Shown here piece by piece: positions 40,328 through 49,632 of a stretch of DNA of 64,000 nucleotides (position 1 is its first letter; every line of letters starts with the position of its first letter). The notes beneath the pieces were generated by a model. The model was given only the letters and a program-made list of their open reading frames with translations, was not told where the DNA came from and ran no database searches. This stretch comes from Spirochaetia bacterium (GTDB taxonomy: Bacteria > Spirochaetota > Spirochaetia > DSM-2461), in assembly GCA_963666985.2 (NCBI GenBank), contig CAXXIA010000002.1:864001-928000 (forward strand), read 5' to 3'. The position numbers and the translations under genes are program-made.

Positions 40328-41553
40328 AATTTGGTTCCTCGAATCAATAGAAGAATAAAGAGCGGAGCTCCGACGAATGCCGTCAGAATCGATACGGGCA
40401 GGACGGTAGGAGCAAGAATCAGCCGGGCCGCGGTATCGGCAACCAGCAGCAGCAAAGCTCCGGCGATCATGCTTCCCGGAAGAAGAAAGCGGTAGTCCTC
40501 GCCCAAGGTTTTTCTCATCAGATGCGGAGCGACCAAGCCGACGAAACCGATAACACCAACAAAGGAAAGAGTCACCGCGGTAACGCAGGAGGCCGCCACC
40601 ATTCCGCACAGGCGGATTCTTTTCACCGGCACCCCGAGGCTCTGCGCGGTTTCATCCCCGGCCGTCAGCGTGTTGAAATTAAACCGGTTCAGCAGAAAAT
40701 ATCCTCCGCCTGCGGCCGTAACGACGCTGCAGATGGCCAATTCCCTCCATCCGATCCGGGCAACATCACCGAAGGTCCAGAAAACCATGGCCGCCAGCTG
40801 AACATCGTCGGCAAAATACTGCAAAAACATCGTTCCGGCGCTGCACAGGGATCCCATTGCCACTCCGGCCAGAATCATCACTTCCGAGGACGCTCCTGTT
40901 ATGCCGGAAATCCCCAAAATAACGGCCGTTGCAAGCAGAGCAAAACCGAAAGCGACCATCGACGTTAAATACGGATTGGTTACGGATACGGCATCGGCCG
41001 CCGTACTCTGCATCACCCCGGTACCCAAAATCATCACGGAGAAAGCGGCACCGAACGCGGCGGCGTTGGAAACCCCAAGTGTAAACGGCGATCCCAGAGG
41101 GTTATGCAGAATAGCCTGCATTACCGCACCTGAAATCGCCAAAGCCGCCCCCGCGACAATAGCCGCCAACGATTGAGGCAGACGAATATTCAGAATAATC
41201 GTAGCCCAGCGGGATTCGCCCCCGCCGAGAAACACACGGACCACTTCCTTCAATGGAATGGAAACCGCGCCAACGGAAACGGACACAAGGAAAGCAAGAC
41301 ACAAGAGGATGAATCCGAGAAACAGAGCCGCGGTTTTTCTACCGATATAACTGCCGTACAAATCCCGCTCCGCCTGAGGCGGCATTATTCGGGACATCCT
41401 TCGGTCCGAATCGGAAGCCGCAGGGGCGGCTCCTGTTGAAATCGCTTTGATTTTAGAAGTCCGAGACACCTCGGACCTCCCGCTTTTTCCGGCACTTAGC
41501 CCATCGTTTCCGTGTGCCCCGATGCCTTCCGCTTTTTCCCGAAAAAGACGCAA
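40324..41553 (-). CDS. FecCD-family ABC permease (start uncertain)
   Basis: IRLPQ, MQ..LHNPL.SPFTLG, G.E.AQSLG, IGFVGLVAPH, ADTAAR. Confidence 0.92.
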   Translation of the reverse strand: MRLFREKAEGIGAHGNDGLSAGKSGRSEVSRTSKIKAISTGAAPAASDSDRRMSRIMPPQAERDLYGSYIGRKTAALFLGFILLCLAFLVSVSVGAVSIPLKEVVRVFLGGGESRWATIILNIRLPQSLAAIVAGAALAISGAVMQAILHNPLGSPFTLGVSNAAAFGAAFSVMILGTGVMQSTAADAVSVTNPYLTSMVAFGFALLATAVILGISGITGASSEVMILAGVAMGSLCSAGTMFLQYFADDVQLAAMVFWTFGDVARIGWRELAICSVVTAAGGGYFLLNRFNFNTLTAGDETAQSLGVPVKRIRLCGMVAASCVTAVTLSFVGVIGFVGLVAPHLMRKTLGEDYRFLLPGSMIAGALLLLVADTAARLILAPTVLPVSILTAFVGAPLFILLLIRGTKL

Positions 41554-41555
41554 TT

Positions 41556-42749
41556 TCAGAATCCAATCCTTTCAAAGACCAGTCCGGAGAATGACTCTTT
41601 CAGCTTGTCATACACGCGCGCACCGACTAAGAATTCATAAATATCATCAGCTTTCCGAACAGGATCGATATCGGCAAAACGCTCCGGATAAAGAACGGAA
41701 CCGACGAAATACGCATCGGCCAAAACGGAACCGAAATTCTGGGTATACCAATTGTAGGGAAGAACTCCATAAACTTCCCCCGATTTAACAGCCTTCAGAT
41801 TCACGAATGCGGGATCGTTCTGCAGCTCATACAAAGCATTAGCCTTCGGATCGGACTGAATCGTCGATACATCGACAAAAATCACTTCGGGGTCCCACTC
41901 GACGATCTTTTCCTTAGCCACGTCCGCATGGGCAAGTTCCTGCGCCGTTCCATTCGGAATAAAAGCGACATTATCGGCGTTGATAAATGTAAACGGAGGA
42001 TAAACGGGTTCGGTGGAACGAATCCCATGAGGCCCCCGATACGCGATGCCCCCGACGAAACAGCTGATCCTCTCGGCATCGGGGATATCGGCGGTTCTGA
42101 ATTGAAGATCGGCAATCGTCGCTTCAATATAGTCGATTAATTCTTCGGCACGCTCGGAAGCTTCCAGAATCTCTCCCATGTTTCTGAGCGTTGTGAAAAG
42201 ATCATCCAGCTGATGCGTCAAATCACCGTATTCAAAAGTCACAACGGGGATTCCCGTCTTTTGCTCCAATTCAATCGGATCGGTGCCCGATGCGGCATAG
42301 GTCTTAAAAATAACTTCAGGAAAGGGCTCAAGCGCAACGATTAATTCAGGATTATCATGTCCCCGAAATTCACCGAAAATCGGCATATCGGCAAACTGAG
42401 GATTGGCCAAAGCATAGGGCCGGGCATCAAATTTCGGCCGCCGTCCTTCCATATCGTCGACTGCGATTACCCGGTCCTGACGCTGTAAATAGGTTACAAG
42501 CCTTAAACAGCCGGGACCTGAGCAAATTATGTTCTTCGGGGAAGAAGAAAGACTGATATCCCGTCCGAGAGCATCCTTAATTTCAATCGCCGCCGCAATC
42601 GATGCGTCTGAGGAATCTTTGGAAGAATCAGCTTCTTTCTCTCCTGCCGCGAACACTCCGGTGGCACAGAAACACAGAAGAATCGCAGTACAGATCATTC
42701 TATTTCGCGGAGAAGAACTTCTGAGATTTCTTGTGAAAATTTTCATCAA
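41556..42749 (-). CDS. Metal-chelate ABC substrate-binding protein
   Basis: Signal ending FAAGEKE; DALGR.I, GPGCLRL, E.IVEWDPEVIF, PYNWY..N. Confidence 0.9.
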   Translation of the reverse strand: MMKIFTRNLRSSSPRNRMICTAILLCFCATGVFAAGEKEADSSKDSSDASIAAAIEIKDALGRDISLSSSPKNIICSGPGCLRLVTYLQRQDRVIAVDDMEGRRPKFDARPYALANPQFADMPIFGEFRGHDNPELIVALEPFPEVIFKTYAASGTDPIELEQKTGIPVVTFEYGDLTHQLDDLFTTLRNMGEILEASERAEELIDYIEATIADLQFRTADIPDAERISCFVGGIAYRGPHGIRSTEPVYPPFTFINADNVAFIPNGTAQELAHADVAKEKIVEWDPEVIFVDVSTIQSDPKANALYELQNDPAFVNLKAVKSGEVYGVLPYNWYTQNFGSVLADAYFVGSVLYPERFADIDPVRKADDIYEFLVGARVYDKLKESFSGLVFERIGF

Positions 42750-42831
42750 TTACCTTCTTTCACCATTTTTAACCATAACTAACCATATATATCCTTCTCA
42801 TACAAGACGAAATCGCTTTTTTTAGGAATAT

Positions 42832-42860
42832 TTGACATTGATGGAGAGCGGTGCTATCGT
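42832..42860 (+). promoter_or_regulatory. Sigma-70 promoter of the DeoR gene
   Basis: TTGACA-N17-TATCGT with extended TG. Confidence 0.55.
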
Positions 42861-42873
42861 CGATTTCACAATA

Positions 42874-43671
42874 ATGGAAAATCAGGAAAAGCCTCTTGCA
42901 CTGGAACGCCGCAGAAAAATCTTGGATATACTTTCCAAGCAAAAAAGCGTTCGGGTAGAAGAACTCCAAGAAATCTTAGATGTTTCAGGAAACACGATTC
43001 GCCGCGATTTGGCCGCATTGGAAAAGGAAGGTCGTTTAAAGAGATCTTCCGGGGGCGCTGTTCAACGAAACGCTTCGGATATGGTGCAGGTCTATCGATC
43101 AAGGGCCGAGCATCAAAACGAAGAAAAAAGCATTATCGGAGCATTCGCGTCGACGTTGGTTTCCGAAGGACAGACCGTTATCATCGACGCGGGTACAACC
43201 GGACTGGAACTGGCTCGAAACCTGAAAAAACGAAACCATATAATGGTGGTTACCAATTCTCTGGATGTCGCCGGAGAGCTGTCGGATTCCAGAGAATTAA
43301 CTCTGGTAATGACGGGAGGATCCTTCGATCCGTTTTCACGGGCTCTTACGGGTAAAACCGCCGAGGATTTTATTCGCTCCATCCGTGCGGATATCGCGTT
43401 TCTTTCCGTCCGGGCACTGTCGTTGGAACACGGCCTGATGGCTCACGGACTGAATGAAACGCCTATAAAACAAGCCATGATGGCCTCGGCGAACACGACC
43501 TATATCCTGGCCGACCATACGAAATTCGACCGAACGGGACTGAGTATCATTTCACCCCTTCCGGCACCTGTAACGGTTATCAGCGATCCGGAGCTTCCAG
43601 AGGAAACAGTGAAGCGATTTCGGAATCAGGGTCTTGAAGTGATTATCGCAAAAGGAAAAGATAACTGCTGA
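42874..43671 (+). CDS. DeoR/GlpR family regulator
   Basis: ERRRKIL, VSGNTIRRDL, IDAGTT, VTNSL, LADHTKF. Confidence 0.93.
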   Translation: MENQEKPLALERRRKILDILSKQKSVRVEELQEILDVSGNTIRRDLAALEKEGRLKRSSGGAVQRNASDMVQVYRSRAEHQNEEKSIIGAFASTLVSEGQTVIIDAGTTGLELARNLKKRNHIMVVTNSLDVAGELSDSRELTLVMTGGSFDPFSRALTGKTAEDFIRSIRADIAFLSVRALSLEHGLMAHGLNETPIKQAMMASANTTYILADHTKFDRTGLSIISPLPAPVTVISDPELPEETVKRFRNQGLEVIIAKGKDNC

Positions 43672-43743
43672 GGCGATCTGAAAAGACTTTGATTCTTGAA
43701 GTCGTCTCTATAATATCTTAGCATTTCCGGACATTGAGGTTAT

Positions 43744-44184
43744 ATGGGAGAAACCGTACGCTTCAGCGTTTCCATGGACAGTGACCTTGTTGATCTTCTG
43801 GATAACATCAGTCTTCATCAAGGTCATGAGAATCGATCGGAAACACTGCGGAATCTAATCAGAAAAGAACTTATCGATACCGGAGCCCAAGACGCCGACA
43901 GGGAAATTATAGGAACAGTCACTCTCCTCTATCATTACGAAACCCGTCTGCCCCGAATATCGGTAAAATCCTTTCCCTCGGTACAGATTACGGCCAACCT
44001 GCAGCTTCATGTAAAAGATGAGATCTGTGTAAAGGTTCTTGTTGTAAAAGGCAAAAGCAAAGAGGTTCATGCCTGGGCTCAAAAGCTTTTATCCGGCAAA
44101 AAAATAATCGGGAAACTTACCTTGGCCGCTACGGATGAATTATATAAAGAATTGGTGAAAAATAAGTTATCCCAACCGAGGTGA
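43744..44184 (+). CDS. nikR: Nickel-responsive regulator NikR-like
   Basis: RFSVSMD ribbon-helix-helix, NRSE.LR.LIR, GTVTLLYHY, QLHV...ICVKVLVVKG. Confidence 0.8.
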   Translation: MGETVRFSVSMDSDLVDLLDNISLHQGHENRSETLRNLIRKELIDTGAQDADREIIGTVTLLYHYETRLPRISVKSFPSVQITANLQLHVKDEICVKVLVVKGKSKEVHAWAQKLLSGKKIIGKLTLAATDELYKELVKNKLSQPR

Positions 44185-44254
44185 TTTTTAAAATCAGCGA
44201 TTTTCGAAACAAATCCCTTCAAAAATGAGTTTGAAAAGGATTTGGATCATCGGA
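44178..44254 (+). repeat. Dispersed intergenic repeat, copy 3 (diverged; contains the nikR stop codon)
   Basis: GAGGTGATTTTTAAAATCAGCGATTTTCGAAACAAATCCCTTCAAAA. Confidence 0.75.
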
Positions 44255-44355
44255 TGTAAGCAATTCCGTCAATTATGAAATTGCTCCAACCAGGAAGAAC
44301 CAATGTGTTTCACGGATATTTACCGGAAATATTCAATTGGATTTCGGCACACGGG

Positions 44356-44383
44356 GTAACACTTTATCTAAATTTCGTAACAC
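44356..44383. promoter_or_regulatory. Candidate NikR operator
   Basis: GTAACAC-N14-GTAACAC immediately upstream of the second ABC operon. Confidence 0.55.
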
Positions 44384-44410
44384 ACTATAATCAGCCACCG
44401 TATAAAACAT

Positions 44411-45574
44411 GTGGAGGTTCTCGTGTTAAAAATTTATAAAACGAAGTTTCTATCGGTCTGTTTTCTTTTTGCCTGTATTGTTCCCGGACTTTTTGCGGCA
44501 GGACAGCCGGAGGCTCAAGAACCACAAGCCGCTCAAGAAATTCAAGCAGCTCCGGAAACAGTAACCCTAACGGACATGCGCGGACGCGATGTGACCGTTC
44601 CGGGGGAAATACACAGCGTTGTAGCTCTGGGAGCGGGCTCGCTCCGGTTGGTCGGATATTTAAACGCGACCGATAAAATAATCGCTGTTGAGGATGCCGG
44701 ACACGGCAGGGAAAAAACCGTCCATGATTTTTTCCCTTTAGCGACATACCGTCTGGCCTTTCCGGAACTTCGGGAGCTGCCGAGCATCGGAAGCGGTGAA
44801 AACCATGAAGGAATCATTGCCGCGAACCCGGATCTTATTATCTCTTCGGCCGTTGATGTCGGCCAATTGGATCAATTACAGCAAACATTGGGAATCCCTG
44901 TTTTCGCAGTTAATGTTGATGTTGAATTTTTTGATACGGAACTCTTTTTTCACGAGCTGGAAATCCTCGGAAAACTGTTAAACAAGGAAGAAAGGGCCGC
45001 GGAGCTTATTGATGGAATAGAAGCGGCATTGGAGGACCTTGAAACTCGGGCTGCAAAAGTGGAAATCCCCAAAAAGGCTTACGCCGGCGGAATGATGTAC
45101 TATGGCCCGGCGGATCTTTTACGAACAACCGGAGACTATCTCCCCTTTGAACTGACGGGTACCCAAAACGTTATGCCGACCAATCCGGCGGGTAACCTTC
45201 AGCCCTACATGACTTCCTTGGAAGACCTGATAGCGGCGGCCCCGGATTATGTCTTTATCGACGCGGCAAATGTACAGCTTTCAAAATCCGGATTCATGAC
45301 CAGCCGAAAGGTTCTGGAAGAACAAGTCCCGGCATTTTCGAATCAAGACGTCTATACCACTCTTGTTTATAAATACTACGGAACAAACTGGGAGAATCAG
45401 CTTATCAATGTCTATTATGCCGGTAAGCTCCTCTACCCTGAACTCTACAGTGATTTATCGATAGAGGAAAAAGCGGAGGAAATTTGGAATCTATTCTTCA
45501 GTGTGCCGCTGGATTACAACACTGTTGTTGATCGGCAGAAAGCCGGTCCGGGAAAGGTGGATTGGTTTCATTAG
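44411..45574 (+). CDS. Metal-chelate ABC substrate-binding protein (second)
   Basis: Signal ending FAAGQPE; DMRGRDV, GAGSLRL, PDYVFID, YKYYGTN. Confidence 0.9.
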   Translation: MEVLVLKIYKTKFLSVCFLFACIVPGLFAAGQPEAQEPQAAQEIQAAPETVTLTDMRGRDVTVPGEIHSVVALGAGSLRLVGYLNATDKIIAVEDAGHGREKTVHDFFPLATYRLAFPELRELPSIGSGENHEGIIAANPDLIISSAVDVGQLDQLQQTLGIPVFAVNVDVEFFDTELFFHELEILGKLLNKEERAAELIDGIEAALEDLETRAAKVEIPKKAYAGGMMYYGPADLLRTTGDYLPFELTGTQNVMPTNPAGNLQPYMTSLEDLIAAAPDYVFIDAANVQLSKSGFMTSRKVLEEQVPAFSNQDVYTTLVYKYYGTNWENQLINVYYAGKLLYPELYSDLSIEEKAEEIWNLFFSVPLDYNTVVDRQKAGPGKVDWFH

Positions 45575-46689
45575 TCATGCCGGAGAACAAGGGTGAGCAA
45601 GGAACATCGGTGAAGTCTTTTGATACTTCCATCCGGAACCATTACAAAGGTTATGTAAAAAAAAAGCGATTTTTTCTCGCGGTTATCGGATTACTTCTTG
45701 CCGCCCTTGTTGTTATTTCCACCTCGATGGGAACAATCAGGATAACCTTCAAAGAAGTTGCTTCCATTATCATTCGGCTCGATAGAACCGGTTCAGGAAG
45801 AATTATATGGGATGTACGCATGCCCAGAATCATAGCGGCCCTTCTGGTCGGTGCCGGACTGTCTCTTTCGGGGACGGTGATGCAGTCGGTACTCCGAAAT
45901 CCCCTGGCATCTCCTTCTACTCTCGGACTTTCCAGTGCCGCTGCCTTTGGGGCTTCCTTTGCCATAGTATTTTTCGGAGCCGGTACCGGCACAACCTCAA
46001 CAATACTCATCAGCAATTCCTTTACCGTTGCCGTTTCCGCTTTTGCGTTCTCAGCTCTCTCGACATTGGCGATTCTCCTCCTTACCGTTTTAACCAAAAT
46101 CACAGCCGAAAGCATGGTATTGGCGGGGATTGCCATCGGTTCGATTTTTTCCGCAGGTCTTACTCTGATGCAGTATCTTGCCGACAGCATTCAGCTGGCC
46201 GGCATAATCTCCTGGACCTTCGGCGATCTTGGCAGGGCGAACTGGCACTTTCTTTATATAATTGCTCTGGTCCTGATTCCCATATCCCTTGTGTTCTATT
46301 TTTATCGCTGGGATCTTAATGCTCTGGATACGGGTGAAGATTCGGCCAGAGGACTCGGCGTGAAAACCGGTACCGTTCGGATCATCGGGATGGTATCGGC
46401 ATCAATACTCTCAGCGGTCATCGTTTCCTATTTCGGAACAATCGCCTTCATAGGTCTTCTCGGGCCCCATATAGCAAGAAGACTTCTCGGCGGCGATCAC
46501 CGTTTTCTCTTGATTGCATCTCCATTAATCGGAGCATTTATACTCTTGGCTGCGGATACGGCGGCCAGAACGGTCCTTGCTCCCATGGTTCTGCCGGTAG
46601 GAATATTAACGTCACTGTTAGGCGGCCCTCTTTTCATCTATCTCCTTATAAAGGAAGAAAAAGATGATCCTAAGAGCCCAAGACCTTGA
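45562..46689 (+). CDS. FecCD-family ABC permease (second)
   Basis: VRMPR, MQSVLRNPLASP, GEDSARGLG, IAFIGLLGPH. Confidence 0.92.
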   Translation: MVSLVMPENKGEQGTSVKSFDTSIRNHYKGYVKKKRFFLAVIGLLLAALVVISTSMGTIRITFKEVASIIIRLDRTGSGRIIWDVRMPRIIAALLVGAGLSLSGTVMQSVLRNPLASPSTLGLSSAAAFGASFAIVFFGAGTGTTSTILISNSFTVAVSAFAFSALSTLAILLLTVLTKITAESMVLAGIAIGSIFSAGLTLMQYLADSIQLAGIISWTFGDLGRANWHFLYIIALVLIPISLVFYFYRWDLNALDTGEDSARGLGVKTGTVRIIGMVSASILSAVIVSYFGTIAFIGLLGPHIARRLLGGDHRFLLIASPLIGAFILLAADTAARTVLAPMVLPVGILTSLLGGPLFIYLLIKEEKDDPKSPRP

Positions 46690-47416
46690 ATTCCGGTATA
46701 ACAGCCTCCCGATAATCCAAAATATTTCCTTCGGCGTAGAGGAAGGAGAAATCCTCTCCATACTCGGCCCAAACGGTGCCGGCAAAACAACCCTTTTGAA
46801 ATGTCTTAACCGCGTTCTTTCTCCCAAAGGAGGAACCGTACAGATTGACGGAAAAGACACCAGGCATTTGGGGCCGGTTAAAATTGCCCAAAAGATGGGC
46901 TGGGTACCACAGCGCGGTGATGTTTCCAGAATGAAAGTGTATGACTTGATTCTGCTCGGCAGAAAACCTTTTTTCCGCTGGGAACCCGGCAGGGATGATT
47001 ATCAAAAAGTCGATAAGGCAATCGAGATTCTCGGGATTGAGGATTTGAGCCTTCGCTATGCCGATGAAATTAGCGGCGGTGAGTTCCAGCTGGTTCAAAT
47101 AGGACGAGCCCTGGCGCAAGATCCTCGCGTCGTGCTCTTCGACGAACCGACAAGCAGTCTTGATATCGGGAATCAGCACCGCCTGATGACCAAGATACAT
47201 TCGCTGATTCATGCCGGGCCCGGGGCCGCGATCATGACGATGCATGATATCAATCTTGCTTTGCGTTATTCCGATAAATTTCTTCTTCTTAAAAACGGCT
47301 GTATTTGCGCGGCGGGAGACCGTACCATAATAACCCCAGAAAATATTGAAGAAGTCTATGGAATGAAAGTCAACGTGGTTGAAGCCGGCGGTTCTCCTCT
47401 CGTCATTCCGGTATAG
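46664..47416 (+). CDS. Metal-chelate ABC ATPase (second)
   Basis: GPNGAGKT, ISGGE, FDEPT, HDINLA. Confidence 0.93.
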   Translation: MILRAQDLEFRYNSLPIIQNISFGVEEGEILSILGPNGAGKTTLLKCLNRVLSPKGGTVQIDGKDTRHLGPVKIAQKMGWVPQRGDVSRMKVYDLILLGRKPFFRWEPGRDDYQKVDKAIEILGIEDLSLRYADEISGGEFQLVQIGRALAQDPRVVLFDEPTSSLDIGNQHRLMTKIHSLIHAGPGAAIMTMHDINLALRYSDKFLLLKNGCICAAGDRTIITPENIEEVYGMKVNVVEAGGSPLVIPV

Positions 47417-47426
47417 GCGATAAAGA

Positions 47427-48003
47427 ATGCATGCGGATAAGAAAAACTCGGCATGTTTCAGGGCCGAAATACTAAAAGCCGTACACAAACAGCTTGAGCT
47501 GTATCCGGAGTCATCCCTAAAAGATCTCTACAAAAGCTTCTTTCAAGACGAGTTTGGCCCGGGGCATCTTCTGGGGAATCCTGAAAAAGCCAAAACTTAT
47601 TTTGAACAGGAATTGGAGGTTATGGTAAGTCGCGGCCGCCATACTGTTGAACCCTGTGGACTGGGATGCAACTATTACCGGGTTCCCATGGATCCGGTTA
47701 TTGACGGCTTAATCCCGGCCGAAGCCTACTTTACCGCCTTTCTTGCCGGCTCCATGGAAACGACTAAGCCCGATGTACATGAATGGAAGGGAACGTGGAA
47801 TTTAATACTCGAAACACTGAAACGGCCAGATAAATGATTTTAAAATAGATTCCGCGGAGATAAGCAAGGCTTTAGAGAAGGGGAATTATGTCATGCACCA
47901 CAGCAAGCGCTACAGGGAAGCCTATAATCCCCACTATAGAATCTTCAGCACCCGCCGGCTGCAAATCATCGATCCGAATGGCATCTTTACGGAAATCAAA
48001 TAA
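47427..48003 (+). CDS. Conserved hypothetical protein, apparent frameshift near 47825
   Basis: YPES.LKDLYKSFFQDEFGPGHL; a second frame continues INDFKID...VMHHSKRYREAYNPHYRI to TAA at 48001-48003. Confidence 0.65.
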
Positions 48004-48050
48004 AGAAAAATCAACACAGGGATCTTCCGTTTCTCCGAGAAATCTTTCTA

Positions 48051-48713
48051 TCAGCCGAAAATCACCTGCTCCATAATAATGCAGAGCGTATGATAAATCG
48101 GCAGATGACGTTCCTGAATTCGATATGTTTCGGTATCGGGTACGCGGAGGCAGACATCGCAGAAATCCTTCAGACGGCCTCCGGAAGCTCCGGTCATTCC
48201 CAGAACCTTCAGACCGCGGGCCTTCGCGACAACCGCCGCGGCCAGGACATTCTTCGAATTTCCCGAAGTGGTTATTCCCCAAAGAATGTCTCCCGGACGT
48301 CCAAGAACCAATGTCTGCTGGGCGAAAGCCAATGACGGTTCCACATCGTTGGCGAATGCCGAAGAGAGGGCGGTATGCTGCGTTAAGGCAATTGCCGGGA
48401 TCCCCATCTGCAGGTTATCCGCCGCCATGGCTCCCAGTTCGGAATCCGCAGAACGGAGAGCCTCCTGCAATTCGTGCTTCAAAGGCCGCTCCCTGATGAA
48501 GGACTTCATCAGCTCACCGACAATATGATCGGCGTCCGCCGCGCTGCCTCCGTTCCCGCAAACAAGAAGTTTCCCATCGTTTCGAACACTTTCAAGAAGC
48601 AAAAGAGCCGATGTTTCCAGCGATTCGCGGATATCCGAAAGGTCGGGGTAACGGCGGATTAAATCGTCGATATGATAATTTACAATTTGATTATCGTTCA
48701 TGCTCAATTCCAT
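48051..48713 (-). CDS. GmhA-like SIS-domain sugar-phosphate isomerase
   Basis: CGNGGSAADADH, AFAND, FAQQ, TTSGNSKNV, TG..GG.L, T.RIQE.H. Confidence 0.9.
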   Translation of the reverse strand: MELSMNDNQIVNYHIDDLIRRYPDLSDIRESLETSALLLLESVRNDGKLLVCGNGGSAADADHIVGELMKSFIRERPLKHELQEALRSADSELGAMAADNLQMGIPAIALTQHTALSSAFANDVEPSLAFAQQTLVLGRPGDILWGITTSGNSKNVLAAAVVAKARGLKVLGMTGASGGRLKDFCDVCLRVPDTETYRIQERHLPIYHTLCIIMEQVIFG

Positions 48714-49629
48714 TTATCGCCACTCCCAATGCGGCCCTATCTCCGAGAGAATCGCCCAGCCCCGAAGGCAGGATACGGCAGTCCAAGCGCGCCTGAGGTA
48801 GAGCTTCCTCTTTAATAATCCGTTCCATGATTGGACGAAACAGCTCTTCGCTTCTGCTGAAGATACTGCCGATGATGATGCATTCGGGATTCAGGATATC
48901 GATGAGCATCGCCAATCCTCTTCCCAAATACCGGGCGCTTTCATCGGTTACGGCTTTTGCCCGCGAATCCGCGGCCTCAGCCCGAAGGCAGATGTCCTTC
49001 CCCGACAGCTCTTCGCCGTACAAGGATTGAAACGCTTTGGCAAGACCGCCGCCGCTGCAAAATCCTTCCCAGGATCCGTGTTTCCCATATCCGAAAGGAC
49101 CCTCTTCAGCCATTCGAACATGACCGATCTCACCGGCCAAGCCGGAAGTTCCGCCGTAAAGAGCTCCGTTGAGAATCAGGCCGGCGCCCAAACCGGTTCC
49201 GAAGGTAAGAAAAATAAGATTCTCGAATCCTTTTCCGTTCCCCCAGTACCATTCGGCCAAAACGCAGGCATTGGCGTCGTTTTCAAGATAACATGGCAAT
49301 CCGGTCTCTTGTTTAAGAATGGCAACCAGAGGAATCTCGTCCCAGCCGGGCAGATTCGGCGGTGAAAGGATAAGCCCTTTCCTGCTGTCCAGAGGACCTC
49401 CGCAGCTGATGCCCACCGCCGCCGGACCGCCATCAGCCTTCTTACGGCTGAATCCATTAATAATGTCCGTTATTCGTGCAATCGTCCCGTTCGGCGTCGA
49501 CTCGGTGGCGAACAGCTCCTTTTCCAGCACCTCTCCGCCGGCGCTTCCAAGGCAAACCGCGGTTTTTGTTCCTCCGATATCAACTCCGATAATCAGCTGT
49601 TCATGAGAATCAACGGTTTTTCCGCCCAT
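48691..49629 (-). CDS. ROK family sugar kinase
   Basis: GVDIGGTK, PPNLPGW, ENDANA, FGTGLGAG, GEIGH, GSWEGFCSG. Confidence 0.92.
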   Translation of the reverse strand: MGGKTVDSHEQLIIGVDIGGTKTAVCLGSAGGEVLEKELFATESTPNGTIARITDIINGFSRKKADGGPAAVGISCGGPLDSRKGLILSPPNLPGWDEIPLVAILKQETGLPCYLENDANACVLAEWYWGNGKGFENLIFLTFGTGLGAGLILNGALYGGTSGLAGEIGHVRMAEEGPFGYGKHGSWEGFCSGGGLAKAFQSLYGEELSGKDICLRAEAADSRAKAVTDESARYLGRGLAMLIDILNPECIIIGSIFSRSEELFRPIMERIIKEEALPQARLDCRILPSGLGDSLGDRAALGVAINGIEHER

Positions 49630-49632
49630 TTT

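Noticed and set aside
43670..43684. GAGGCGATCTGAAAA as another copy of the dispersed repeat end
   Set aside because: Only a short partial match, with no body or partner end.
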